A stretch of 64,000 nucleotides of DNA from an uncultured delta proteobacterium (GTDB lineage: Bacteria; Myxococcota_A; Polyangia; Polyangiales; B10-G4). The notes beneath the pieces were generated by a model that was not told the DNA's origin, ran no database searches, and saw only the letters and a list, made by a program, of their open reading frames with translations. Where the stretch lies: assembly GCA_963727445.1 (NCBI GenBank), contig CAVSGI010000020.1:32001-96000 (forward strand), written 5' to 3'. The translations under genes and the position numbers were made by a program. Of the stretch, positions 9,962 to 19,934 are shown piece after piece (the stretch's first letter is position 1; every line of letters starts with the position of its first letter).

Positions 9962-10053
9962 GGAACAATGCTAGAGACCCAGTCGTTCCTGGTCGAAAAA
10001 TCGGCAAAGTCCCGTGCTGGCCACGGGCGGCCGAGTTGCTTAGGTTCCACGCG

Positions 10054-11283
10054 ATGTCTGCCGGAGTCCCTCTACGCTATCGCCTCCTGATCGCCTTTCT
10101 CTCCATCACCGTGGCCGCGCTGGTGGTGGCCGTGGGCGCGCTGGCCTTCAACGCCCGGCGCCTGGAGGTCGCGCTCGACCAGCAGGAGGCGGCGCTGGTT
10201 CAGGAGCCCACGGTCGCTGAAGATCCGGTCCCCGACCCCGCGTCCGTCCCGTTGGTACCGGCGACGGACGGGGGCCTCGCCAGTCTCCACACCCCGATCC
10301 CGGACGAGGTGGGTGAAAACGAGCGTCGCGACATCGAGACTTTCCGGAGCGTCGCCCCCTCGGTGGTCAACATCGAGAACCTGACGCTTCGCACCGATCC
10401 CTTTCGACGCAACGTGATGGCGATGCCAAGGGGGACCGGTTCCGGCTTCGTCTGGGACCGAGAGGGTCACATCGTGACCAACTTCCACGTGATCCAGGGC
10501 GGCAACGCGGCGCGCGTCACCATGGCCGACGGGAGCGCGTGGATCGCGAATGTGGTCGGCCACCACCCGGACAAGGACGTCGCGGTCCTCCAGATCGAGG
10601 CGCCCGCCGAGCAGCTGACGCCCATCACCGTCGGCACCTCGTCGGACCTGGTCGTGGGCCAGCACGTGATGGCGATCGGAAGCCCCTTCGGTCTCGATCA
10701 GACGCTCTCCACCGGCGTGATCAGCGGCCTCGGCCGCGAGATCATGAGCGTCGGCAACCGCCCGATCCAGGGCGTCGTGCAGACCGACGCCGCCATCAAC
10801 CCAGGCAACTCCGGCGGGCCACTCCTCGACAGCTCGGGTCGGCTCATCGGCATCAACACCGCGATCTTCAGCCCGAGCGGTGCGTCCGCGGGCATCGGCT
10901 TCGCCGTGCCCATCGACACGGTGAACAGCATCGTCACGCAGCTCATCGAACATGGGCGCGTGGTCCGCCCGGGGCTCGGCGTCGTGGTGGACGAGGGAAA
11001 TCTGGCGGCGCGGGCGCAGGTACGCGGCGCGCTGGTGCTCATGGTCAAGCCGAACTCCCCAGCGGCGGGCGCCGGCATTCAACCGACCCGTCGGGACGCG
11101 CGCTCGGGCGCGATCGTTCTGGGGGACGTGATCGTGGAGATCGACGGGGAGGCCATCGAGGATCACCTCGATCTCTTCCGGATCCTCGACCGCAAGGCGG
11201 TCGGCGAGACGATCCACGTCGGCATCCTACGAGGTCGCGCGCGCATGGACGTCGAGCTGACGCTCGCCGCTATTCAGGGCTGA
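10054..11283 (+). CDS. HtrA/DegP-type trypsin-like serine protease with one PDZ domain
   Basis: GTGSGF, TNFHV, DVAVL, QTDAAINPGNSGG, C-terminal PDZ (GDVIVEIDG), N-terminal TM. Confidence 0.95.
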   Translation: MSAGVPLRYRLLIAFLSITVAALVVAVGALAFNARRLEVALDQQEAALVQEPTVAEDPVPDPASVPLVPATDGGLASLHTPIPDEVGENERRDIETFRSVAPSVVNIENLTLRTDPFRRNVMAMPRGTGSGFVWDREGHIVTNFHVIQGGNAARVTMADGSAWIANVVGHHPDKDVAVLQIEAPAEQLTPITVGTSSDLVVGQHVMAIGSPFGLDQTLSTGVISGLGREIMSVGNRPIQGVVQTDAAINPGNSGGPLLDSSGRLIGINTAIFSPSGASAGIGFAVPIDTVNSIVTQLIEHGRVVRPGLGVVVDEGNLAARAQVRGALVLMVKPNSPAAGAGIQPTRRDARSGAIVLGDVIVEIDGEAIEDHLDLFRILDRKAVGETIHVGILRGRARMDVELTLAAIQG

Positions 11284-11524
11284 GGCGGAGCCGCTCGATC
11301 TCGGCCACGAGCCAGGCGATGTCCTCGGGCGCGGCGGCGATCGCGGCCGCGTCTTCGGGATGGAGCTGCGGGCCGCTCCCGGCCCACCAACCGTCGACGC
11401 TGTGCGTCGCGACGGTGGCCCCGTCGGCGGCGAGGACCGCGGCGCCGGTCTCGTCGACGTGCCAGGGCGGTGCGCTCTTCACCGCGCGCCAGCGGGCGCG
11501 AATCTCCTCGAGACGATCCTCCAT
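11270..11524 (-). CDS. Small hypothetical protein resembling phage Ead/Ea22-type proteins
   Basis: RLEEIRAR...PPW...DAAAIAAAPEDIAWLVAEIERLR pattern. Confidence 0.55.
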   Translation of the reverse strand: MEDRLEEIRARWRAVKSAPPWHVDETGAAVLAADGATVATHSVDGWWAGSGPQLHPEDAAAIAAAPEDIAWLVAEIERLRLSPE

Positions 11525-11571
11525 GCGAGGAGGGTACGCCGTGAGGTAGAGTCTCGACCAGGAGGGCCGAG

Positions 11572-11883
11572 ATGGGTGGGAAGAAGACGAAGCCGCGGAG
11601 GGTGCTCCGATTCGCCGTGAGCGGCGCGCTTCTCGTCGGTGCGGCCGGTCTCGGGGCGTGCGGTCACGACGAGGCGGGACCCCAGGGGCTCGGTAACGAG
11701 CCCTACGACGAGAACCAGCCGACGCCGAACACGCCTCCCTCTCCGACGTGGGAGCAGGACCACGAAGAAGAGGCGAATGGGGAGGAGCGAGTCGCTGGGG
11801 AGGAGTCGTCGAACGAGCCTGCCCCCACGCCGGACGGCGACGAGACGACGGCCGACGAAGAGGCTGAGGCCGAAGCGGAGTAG
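11572..11883 (+). CDS. Acidic low-complexity lipoprotein
   Basis: Signal peptide ending LGAC, then an E/D/P/T-rich tail. Preceded by an AGGAGG RBS. Confidence 0.6.
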   Translation: MGGKKTKPRRVLRFAVSGALLVGAAGLGACGHDEAGPQGLGNEPYDENQPTPNTPPSPTWEQDHEEEANGEERVAGEESSNEPAPTPDGDETTADEEAEAEAE

Positions 11884-11895
11884 TCCGGCGGCCCG

Positions 11896-13227
11896 ATGCG
11901 GAGCGCCCTGACCCGACTCTTCCGGTTGGTTCTCCGGATCTTCTTTCGCGACATCGAGATTGTCGGGGAGGAGCACGTGCCCAGCGAGGGGCCTGTGCTC
12001 TTCGTCTCGAACCATCCGAACGCGCTGATCGATCCGGTCTTTCTCTTGTGCCTGTCGCCGCGAGAGGTGTCCTTCCTCGCGAAGGAGCCGCTCTTTCGCA
12101 CGCCGGTGATCAGCGTCTTCGTCAAAGCCTTTGGGAGCCTGCCGGTCTACCGCAAGCAGGACGGCGCCGATCCCAGGGACAACCGAAGGACCATCGACGC
12201 CTGTCTCGAGGCGCTGGACGCGGGGCGCGCCATCGCGCTCTTCCCCGAGGGGACGACGCATTCGGAGGCGCACCTCAAGCCGCTCAAGACCGGCGCCGCG
12301 CGCATCGCGCTGTCGGCGAGCTCGAGCGGCGCGCGAAAGGGTGATCTTCGCATCGTTCCGGCGGGGCTCTACTACAGCGACAAACGGACATTTCGCAGCC
12401 GGGCGTCACTGGTCTACGGCGCGCCGATCGGGGTGCCCACGGCTGTCCTCGACGAGGCTGCCGAGCCGCCGCGCGAGGATGCGCTCGCGCTCACGAAGGA
12501 GATCGACGCCGCGCTGGGCGAGGTGACGGTGCAGGCGAGCACGCAGGAGGCGCGCGAGCTCGCCCAGGCGGCCGAGCGGATCTTCGCAGCCGCCGAGCGG
12601 GACGAGGGAAGCACGGATCGGGACAGCAGCGTCTTCAGCGAGATGGATCTGATGCGTCGCCTCATCGACGGGTACGAGACGCTCGCGCAGAAGTACCCGG
12701 AGGAGGTCGCGCAGGTGGCCGAGCGGGTGAAGCAATACGACGCGCGGATCGCGCGCTACGGGCTGTCGCCCCGATACCCCTCCGAGCTCACCTTCGGCGT
12801 CGTGCTGAGCTACGCCTTGTCCACGCTGGTTGCGCTCGTGGCGCTTTCGCCCCTGGCAGTGCCGGGCGTCCTCGTGAGCTACCTGCCCTACCGCCTGGTC
12901 GGGTTCGTCACGACGCGAAGCGCGAAGGCCGAAGAGGTGGTCGCCACCTTCAAGGTCCTCGGCGCGCTGCTCTTCTTTCCGATCTCCTGGATCCTCGCCG
13001 CGACCGCCGTGGGCCTCTGGGTCGACCCGTACCTGGGCCTCGCAGTGCTCGTCATCAGCCCCCTCGCCGCCTTCGCCGGCCTCGTCTTCTCCGAACGCGC
13101 CGGCGATCTGTTGCGCGGCGCGCGCCTGTTGGCCCTCGCCATCTTTCGCCCCTCGCAGCGAGACCTCCTCGTGCGCGAGCGGCGCGCGATCCGGGACGAG
13201 ATCCTTCGGATGGCGGAGCGGCTGTGA
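11896..13227 (+). CDS. PlsC-family lysophospholipid acyltransferase with C-terminal TM segments
   Basis: NHPNALID (HxxxxD), FLAK, FPEGT. Confidence 0.9.
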   Translation: MRSALTRLFRLVLRIFFRDIEIVGEEHVPSEGPVLFVSNHPNALIDPVFLLCLSPREVSFLAKEPLFRTPVISVFVKAFGSLPVYRKQDGADPRDNRRTIDACLEALDAGRAIALFPEGTTHSEAHLKPLKTGAARIALSASSSGARKGDLRIVPAGLYYSDKRTFRSRASLVYGAPIGVPTAVLDEAAEPPREDALALTKEIDAALGEVTVQASTQEARELAQAAERIFAAAERDEGSTDRDSSVFSEMDLMRRLIDGYETLAQKYPEEVAQVAERVKQYDARIARYGLSPRYPSELTFGVVLSYALSTLVALVALSPLAVPGVLVSYLPYRLVGFVTTRSAKAEEVVATFKVLGALLFFPISWILAATAVGLWVDPYLGLAVLVISPLAAFAGLVFSERAGDLLRGARLLALAIFRPSQRDLLVRERRAIRDEILRMAERL

Positions 13228-13281
13228 CGCCCGCCGCGCTTCGGCTGGCCGAGCGGCGCGGATGCGTGCTAGGTCCCGAGC

Positions 13282-14652
13282 GTGTCTCAGGACTGGAACC
13301 CGCAGAGCTGGCGGGACAAGAAGGTTGCCCAGGCTTTTCACTACGAGGACCCGGCGCTCCTCGAGCAGGTGCTCACGCGCCTGAGGAGCCTGCCGCCCCT
13401 GGTGACGAGCTGGGAGATCGAGCGGCTCAAGGTCGAGCTGGCAGAGGCTCAGCGCGGCGAGCGCTTCATTCTCCAGGGCGGCGACTGCGCCGAGACTCTC
13501 GACGACTGTAGCTCCGAGGTCATCAGCAACAAGCTGAAGATCCTCCTTCAGATGTCGCTGGTGCTGGTGCTCGGCGGACACACGCCGGTCACGCGCATCG
13601 GCCGCTTCGCAGGTCAGTATGCCAAGCCGCGATCCAAGCCCACCGAGAAGCGGGTGAACGAGGACGGAAGCGTCGAGGAGCATCCCAGCTACTTCGGCGA
13701 CCTGGTCAACCGCGTCGAGTTCAGCGCCGAGGCGCGCGCCGTCGATCCCCAGCTCCTCCTCGCCGGCTATCAGCATGCGGCGATGACCCTGAACTTCATC
13801 CGCTCGCTCACCGCCGGCGGCTTCGCCGACCTGCATCATCCCGAGTACTGGGACCTCGGTTTCTTCCAGAACATCGACGTCTCGGACGAGCTGCTCGAGG
13901 GCTATCGTGCGATCCGCGACGAGCTCGGCGCATCCCTGCGCTTCATGGAGGCGCTGGGCGAGGACTCCATCGAAAAGCTCTCGCGGGTGAGCTTCTTCAC
14001 CAGTCACGAGGGCCTGAACCTCCACTACGAGTCCAGTCAGACGCGCAAAGTCCCGCGTCGCGAGGGGTTCTACGATCTCACCACCCACCTGCCGTGGATC
14101 GGAGAGCGCACCCGGCAGATCGACGGCGGGCACATCGAGTTCTTCCGCGGGGTGAAGAACCCCATCGGCGTCAAGGTCGGCCCTACCGCGAGCGGCGACG
14201 ACGTGATGGCGCTCCTCGACGTACTGAACCCGAAGGACGAACCCGGGAAGATCGTGCTGGTGAGTCGGATGGGCGCCGCCCACGTCGCCGAGAGCCTGCC
14301 GCCGCTCCTCGAGCGCGTGAAGAAGGAGGGCCGAACCGTCCTGTGGATCAGCGATCCCATGCACGGAAATGGTCGGGTGGCGGACAACGGGATCAAGACC
14401 CGCAGCTTCGACGACATCCTCACCGAGGTGAACGGCGTGATGGACGCGCACCGCGAAGCGGGGACCGTCTTCGGCGGCGTGCACTTCGAGCTGACCGGGG
14501 AAGATGTCACCGAGTGTATCGGTGGCGCCTCCGGGGTGACCGAGGACGACCTGTCGAGGAACTACGTGAGCGTCTGCGACCCGCGCCTCAACTACGCGCA
14601 GGCCCTCGAGATGGCGTTCTCTGTCACACGGCGCATGCGCGAAGAGCGATAG
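13282..14652 (+). CDS. Class II DAHP synthase
   Basis: LQGGDCAE, GRFAGQYAKPRS, FTSHEGL, WIGERTRQ, DPMHGN, GGVHFELTG, CDPRLN. Confidence 0.97.
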   Translation: MSQDWNPQSWRDKKVAQAFHYEDPALLEQVLTRLRSLPPLVTSWEIERLKVELAEAQRGERFILQGGDCAETLDDCSSEVISNKLKILLQMSLVLVLGGHTPVTRIGRFAGQYAKPRSKPTEKRVNEDGSVEEHPSYFGDLVNRVEFSAEARAVDPQLLLAGYQHAAMTLNFIRSLTAGGFADLHHPEYWDLGFFQNIDVSDELLEGYRAIRDELGASLRFMEALGEDSIEKLSRVSFFTSHEGLNLHYESSQTRKVPRREGFYDLTTHLPWIGERTRQIDGGHIEFFRGVKNPIGVKVGPTASGDDVMALLDVLNPKDEPGKIVLVSRMGAAHVAESLPPLLERVKKEGRTVLWISDPMHGNGRVADNGIKTRSFDDILTEVNGVMDAHREAGTVFGGVHFELTGEDVTECIGGASGVTEDDLSRNYVSVCDPRLNYAQALEMAFSVTRRMREER

Positions 14653-14685
14653 CCGAGGGGGGGCTGAGCCTCACTCGCCGGCGCG

Positions 14686-15486
14686 TCAGGCGGCCGCGCG
14701 CCCCACCTTCGCGAGGTACTCCGTCGCGAGGTCGTGATTCGGGATCTGGTCCGGATGAAAGCCGGGCTGCGCGTACGCGAGGATCGCTTCGCGGAAACCG
14801 GCGCCGGCGACCTCGCGGGCGGTGAAGAAGGCTCTCCTCTCCTCTGCGGAGACCGCCTCCGGCTCCTGCGCGAGGAGCATGCGGGTGGCGGAGATCCAGA
14901 AGCCGCCGAGGGTGAGCGACGCGATCAGGAGCCCCAGCATGCGCAGCGGGTAGCTCGGCGCGACCTGGCTGAGGACATCGAAGGCCACCGATTTGTGCTC
15001 GATCTCCTCCGCCGCGTGCCAGAGAAGCAGCGCGCGCATGGTCGGATGCGCATCGTCCAGCAAGCCGTCCGAGAGCGCGCCCTGGGCGAAGGTCGCGGTG
15101 AAGTGCTCGGCGGCGGCCGTCACGGCGAGGCGGATCTCCGGCGTCGTCGCCCGCTCGATCACGCCGTAGCCGAGCCATTCGTAGAACGCGAGCCACTCGT
15201 CGATCTCGAAGCCCTGCTCGCGGAGGATCTGGAAGAAGCGCTCGTGCTCGTGGGCGTGTTGCCCCTCCTGGCCGGAGAAGGCGCGCACCCGTGCCCGGAG
15301 CTCTTCGTCGTCGATGCGGTCCATGAAGTGGTGGACCGAGCGAACGAAGAAGCGCTCGCCCTTGGGAAAGAGCAGATTGATGCCGTTGACCACGTGGGTC
15401 GCGAAGGCCGAGCCACCGAGCCAGTGGCGCGGGATCTCCGGCTCGGCGAAGGGGAAACGCATCTTCCGAACGACGGGCGCGAGCAC
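14686..15486 (-). CDS. Predicted metal-dependent hydrolase
   Basis: LFPKGERFFVRSV, GQEGQHAHEH, AAEHFTA, WHAAEEIEHKSVAFDV, FHP. Lies in the 3' part of ORF 14686..16974; start (GTG 15486 or ATG 15462) uncertain. Confidence 0.85.
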   Translation of the reverse strand: MLAPVVRKMRFPFAEPEIPRHWLGGSAFATHVVNGINLLFPKGERFFVRSVHHFMDRIDDEELRARVRAFSGQEGQHAHEHERFFQILREQGFEIDEWLAFYEWLGYGVIERATTPEIRLAVTAAAEHFTATFAQGALSDGLLDDAHPTMRALLLWHAAEEIEHKSVAFDVLSQVAPSYPLRMLGLLIASLTLGGFWISATRMLLAQEPEAVSAEERRAFFTAREVAGAGFREAILAYAQPGFHPDQIPNHDLATEYLAKVGRAAA

Positions 15487-15588
15487 GGATCGAAGATGAC
15501 CAGGATCCGGGTCCGTGTCGAGAGGGGTGGGGCGCGCCGTTCGCCCACAAAGTCGACCAATCCGAGGCCCCCAGGCTAGAAACGAGCC

Positions 15589-16686
15589 ATGGCAGAGGGG
15601 GCAGAGGAGCGACCCGGGATCACGCGGTGGGCCGACGTGGGGGTGCGCGCCGTCATCGTGATCGGGCTCCTCACCTGGAGCTTCCTCCTGGTTCGTCCCT
15701 TCATTCCGGTGGTGATGTGGGCGGCGGTGCTGAGCGTGTCGGTGATGCCGGTCTACACCCAGCTCGCGCAGCGTCTGGGGGACCGGCGCAAGACCGCCGC
15801 CGGGCTGGTGGTGCTCGCCATCCTCGCGCTCTTGGTGATCCCTGGCATCGTCCTGACCAACAGCCTCTTCCAAGGCGCCCGGCGCCTCGCCGCCGATTAC
15901 GACGCCGGGGCCCTCAACGTGCCACCACCGCCGGAACAGGTCCAGGCCCTGCCGGTGATCGGCCCGCAGGTCGCCGACACCTGGCGGCTCGCCTCCACCG
16001 ATTTCATGGCCGCCACGACCTTCGTCCGGCCGCAGCTCGACGCTGCGCGCGACTTCCTCATCGACTCGGTCGCCGACGCCGCCTCCGCCGCTCTGCTCTT
16101 CCTCTTCTCGCTGATCGTGATGGGTGTGTTCCTGGCGACCTCTCGCGATCTGAGCTCCGGGATACACCGCCTCGGTGCGCGCATCGGAGGTGAACGCGGC
16201 GAGGCCTACGTCGATCTCGCCCGCGACACCATCCGGAGCGTGACCAAGGGGATCCTCGGTGTCGCCGTCATCCAGGCCGTGATGGGCGGGCTGGGCTGCC
16301 TGGTGGCGGGCGTTCCAGGCGCCGGCTTCTGGGCGCTGCTCATCCTGGTCTTCTGCATCGCGCAGGTCGGGCCGGCCATCGTGCTGGTGCCCATCATCAT
16401 CTACGTCTTCAATCGGGAGCCGACGTGGGTCTTCGTCCTGTTCACCATCTGGTCGACGATCACCATCTTCATCGACAACGTGCTCAAGCCGCTGCTCCTC
16501 GGACGCGGTGTCAAAGCGCCGATGCTGGTGGTCTTCATCGGTGCCATCGGTGGCCTGCTTCTCTCCGGCCTGATCGGGCTCTTTCTCGGCCCGGTGGTGC
16601 TGGTGGTGACCTACAACGTGGTGCGCTCGTGGTTCGAGATGCACCTGCCGCCGCCCGATGGCTCGCCCGAAGAAGGGGCGGCCTGA
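15589..16686 (+). CDS. AI-2E (UPF0118) family transporter
   Basis: Multi-TM protein with IDNVLKPLLLG and GLIGLFLGPV signatures. Confidence 0.92.
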   Translation: MAEGAEERPGITRWADVGVRAVIVIGLLTWSFLLVRPFIPVVMWAAVLSVSVMPVYTQLAQRLGDRRKTAAGLVVLAILALLVIPGIVLTNSLFQGARRLAADYDAGALNVPPPPEQVQALPVIGPQVADTWRLASTDFMAATTFVRPQLDAARDFLIDSVADAASAALLFLFSLIVMGVFLATSRDLSSGIHRLGARIGGERGEAYVDLARDTIRSVTKGILGVAVIQAVMGGLGCLVAGVPGAGFWALLILVFCIAQVGPAIVLVPIIIYVFNREPTWVFVLFTIWSTITIFIDNVLKPLLLGRGVKAPMLVVFIGAIGGLLLSGLIGLFLGPVVLVVTYNVVRSWFEMHLPPPDGSPEEGAA

Positions 16687-16720
16687 GTCCGGGAAAGTTG
16701 AAAAGTGTAGACCGTCCCCG

Positions 16721-18307
16721 TCAGGGGCAGGAGACGAGCTCGAGGAGCTCGCTGCCGCGGCCGTACTGCTCGTCGGCGGGGTATCCGACGCCTTCGAGGA
16801 TGTTGTAGAGCTGCGTGTGGATGTCCTCGTAGGTCTCGCTGGCCCGGCTGTCCGAGCCCGGCGTGTTGGCCACGCAGATGAACTTCGAGGTGCCGCACGC
16901 GTCGAAGGTCTCGCAGTCGGAGTTGACGGCGGTGCTCGTCTGGAACGACAGGTCGCCGTAGTAGGCCTCGCCATCGATCAGCACCAGGCGCACGTCGGAG
17001 GCGGTGCTCTCCGCGACGGCCAGGTAGGGGTCCGAGCCGACCCGGCCGAAGACCGTGATGTCCGCGCGCATCCCCGGCACGAGCGCGCCGATGTCGTTGG
17101 AGAGGCCGACCACCTCGGCGTTGTCGGCCGTCGCCATGCGCCACACCGCCTCCGGCGTCACCGCGGAGACGCCCTCGGAGGCGGCCCAGGCGAGCGCGAA
17201 GCGCATCTCGCTGAGCATCTCGTCCTCGCCCGAGACGGTCCAGTCGGGTCCGATGCCGACGGTGATGCCCAGCTCGAGGATCCGCCCGATATCCGCCGTC
17301 TGGCCGTAGAGGACCATGTTGCTCGACGGGGACCATACGATCTTCGCGTCGGTGCTCGCGGCCTCCATCAGCTCCGCGTCGGTCACGGCCACCGCGTGGA
17401 TCAGATAGCCGGTGCCGCTGTAGCTGCCGTCCGAAGCCTCGAGGAGGGAGATGCCCGCGTGGCGGTTCGTCCGGGTGTCGCGCCCGGCGAAGGACGCGAA
17501 CTCGAGGTCCACGTTGTTGCCGCTGATGCCCTCGCCCATGTGGACGGCGAGCCGGGTGACGGGCTCGACGGCATCGGTGAAGTCCGCGACGTAGCTGTCG
17601 GCGTCGGAGTCCGTGATGTCGCGGGGGGAGGCGATGGTGGTGCGCAGCTGGTCGGGACCGAGGCCGTGGTAGTGATCGGCGTTGCGCACCAGTCGGTCGA
17701 TGCAACCCTGGCGCAACGACTGGCCCATGATGGTGGTGGTCCCGTGGACCAGCGCCCGGAGCTCGCCCCACTTCGCGGCCGGACAGTAATGGGAGCCCGA
17801 GGAGCGGTGCGCGGTGTAGGGCAGGATGTGCGCTTCGTAGTCGGGGTCGTCCGCCCACTCGTAACGGTTGTTGAAGAGGCGCCCCGGCTCCCACTCGGGG
17901 AGGAAGTCGTAGGGCAGGTGGTTGTGTGCGTCGATGAGACCGGGCGAGATGACGCCGCCGGTGTCGATGATGGTCGCGTCCATCGCGCCCATCTCCGCGG
18001 AGCAATCCGCCGCCACGCAGACGATGGTGTTGCCCATGATGAAGACCTCACCGGGATCGATGGGACCGTCCGGCGCGAGGACGACTCCGCGCAAGAGGAT
18101 CCCCTCTCCCATCTGCACGATGCTCCCGTCGCCGGGCATCGTCATGCTGTCGAGGGGCGGGACGCTGCTGTCCATCGGCCCGGCGCCGTCGGGGGCGTCG
18201 ACGCTTCCGTCCGCAGGGAACGACGCATCGTCGGTTCGGCGCGGGGAGGCGCAGGCCGAGGCGATGGACAGAGCGGTGAGCGCTGTCGCGACGAGGGCGG
18301 GGTTCAA
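16721..18307 (-). CDS. Amidohydrolase-superfamily lipoprotein
   Basis: PGLIDAHNH, HMGEG, IHAV, GIGPDW, GALVPGMRAD. Lipobox ASAC. Confidence 0.88.
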   Translation of the reverse strand: MNPALVATALTALSIASACASPRRTDDASFPADGSVDAPDGAGPMDSSVPPLDSMTMPGDGSIVQMGEGILLRGVVLAPDGPIDPGEVFIMGNTIVCVAADCSAEMGAMDATIIDTGGVISPGLIDAHNHLPYDFLPEWEPGRLFNNRYEWADDPDYEAHILPYTAHRSSGSHYCPAAKWGELRALVHGTTTIMGQSLRQGCIDRLVRNADHYHGLGPDQLRTTIASPRDITDSDADSYVADFTDAVEPVTRLAVHMGEGISGNNVDLEFASFAGRDTRTNRHAGISLLEASDGSYSGTGYLIHAVAVTDAELMEAASTDAKIVWSPSSNMVLYGQTADIGRILELGITVGIGPDWTVSGEDEMLSEMRFALAWAASEGVSAVTPEAVWRMATADNAEVVGLSNDIGALVPGMRADITVFGRVGSDPYLAVAESTASDVRLVLIDGEAYYGDLSFQTSTAVNSDCETFDACGTSKFICVANTPGSDSRASETYEDIHTQLYNILEGVGYPADEQYGRGSELLELVSCP

Positions 18308-18386
18308 GGCCCCCCTAGAGTACCGCGCCGAAGGGCTCCCGGGAACGGACGCCTTTCGGGCTTTGTCTGCTTTAGACTAGCCGCCG

Positions 18387-19922
18387 ATGGCGGGTCCGGA
18401 CGTCAGCACCGTGGCCGAGATGTTCGCGGGGCTCTACGAAGTCACGGGGACGATGGCGTGGAACGGGCTCGCGCTCACCTACGAGGCCCGCGAGCCCGGG
18501 GGTGAGCCGGTGGTCCTCGCGCTCCTCCCCATCGACGCCGAGTCCTCGACGGAGGCCGCCAAGCTCTTCGAGGCGCGCGCCCGGGCGCTCGTCAATCTCG
18601 AGCATCCGCGCCTGCTGACGCTGAGGGACTACGGGATCCGTCACGGCGTCCCCTATCTCGAGCTGGCGCACGCGCGCGCCGAGACCCTGGATCGCATCGT
18701 GGCGAAGGGACCCCTCGAAGTGGATCGGGCGCTGACCATCGTGCGCCGGATCCTGCAGACCCTCGAGCTGTTGGAGGCCGTCGGGATCCGCCACCTCGAT
18801 CTGACGCCGCGGAACATCCTCATCGCCTCCGAGGACGAGGTGAAGGTGGTCGGGGCGGGGATCGCGGCGATCCTCCGCGAGGTGCGCGACTCCGACAAGA
18901 CCGGTCCCACCGGCAAGGGCTCCGGTCCGAGCCCGGGCCGTTTCCTCGCCCCGGAGCTGATGATCGGCGACAAGACGGACCAGCGGACCGACATCTACAG
19001 CGTCGGCGCGCTCCTCCACTACATGACGACGGGTCAGCCGCTCGGCAAGGGCGGCCCACCCCCGCCCAAGGACGTGGTACCCCTGATCGCCGGGGCGACG
19101 AGCCAGATCCTGAGCGACCGCTATCCCCGCGCGTCGGTCATGCGCGCGGCGATCGAAAAGACGGGCGGCACCCCCACCATCGCGCCGCCTGCGCCCGCCG
19201 CCCCCTCGGACCCAGCACCCTCCAACTCACCCCCGGCCCCGGAGCCGCGCGCGTCGCGCGGCCCCCTGATCGCCCTCTTGGTGATCACGATCCTGGTGGT
19301 CAGCGGCGTCGCGGTCCTGGCCGCGACAAAGCCGGACGAGGTCGAGCCGGCGACGACGGCGGCCGGGGAGACACAGACCGAGTCGGAGACGGCGACGGAG
19401 ACGGCGACGGAAACCGAGACGGAGACGGAGACCGAGACGGAGACGGCGACGAACACCGAGACGGAGACGGAGACGGCGACGGACACCGACGCCGATCTCC
19501 TCGCAGGCACGTTGCCCGAGCCCCTCGACACACTCTGGCCGCGGGTGCAGGCGGGCGAAGAGCTGAGCCGGGGCGATCGCCACCTCGTCTCCCGGTACAT
19601 CTACGCCCACCGCGACGATCCGCGGCCCCATCTACTGCTGGCGCGGGATTTCGTGGCGCGGCGCTGGAGCAGCGACGCCATCGGCGCGTATCTCGCGGCC
19701 TTCGCCGCCGACCCCGAGAGCCGCTCCGACGCGCGGATGCGCGCCGACCTCCTGGACCTGGCGACCCGCGCGGCCTCGAACCAGGACGCGATGCGGGCGA
19801 TGGCGCGCATCTATGGGGCCGATGCGCTTCCGTGGGTGGCGGACGCGCTCGCGGACACCGGCCTCGACGCGGGGCAGCGGCATCGCCTCGAGCGGCTCCA
19901 GCATCACCTCGCGTCGCTCTGA
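18387..19922 (+). CDS. Membrane-anchored Hanks-type pseudokinase with Thr/Glu stalk and helical C-terminal domain
   Basis: Kinase fold (LEHPRL, APE, TDIYSVG) but VVLAL, HLDLTPRN and GAG replace VAxK, HRDxKxxN and DFG. TM helix followed by a (TE)n repeat. Confidence 0.8.
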   Translation: MAGPDVSTVAEMFAGLYEVTGTMAWNGLALTYEAREPGGEPVVLALLPIDAESSTEAAKLFEARARALVNLEHPRLLTLRDYGIRHGVPYLELAHARAETLDRIVAKGPLEVDRALTIVRRILQTLELLEAVGIRHLDLTPRNILIASEDEVKVVGAGIAAILREVRDSDKTGPTGKGSGPSPGRFLAPELMIGDKTDQRTDIYSVGALLHYMTTGQPLGKGGPPPPKDVVPLIAGATSQILSDRYPRASVMRAAIEKTGGTPTIAPPAPAAPSDPAPSNSPPAPEPRASRGPLIALLVITILVVSGVAVLAATKPDEVEPATTAAGETQTESETATETATETETETETETETATNTETETETATDTDADLLAGTLPEPLDTLWPRVQAGEELSRGDRHLVSRYIYAHRDDPRPHLLLARDFVARRWSSDAIGAYLAAFAADPESRSDARMRADLLDLATRAASNQDAMRAMARIYGADALPWVADALADTGLDAGQRHRLERLQHHLASL

Positions 19923-19934
19923 GCCTCGGCGGCC

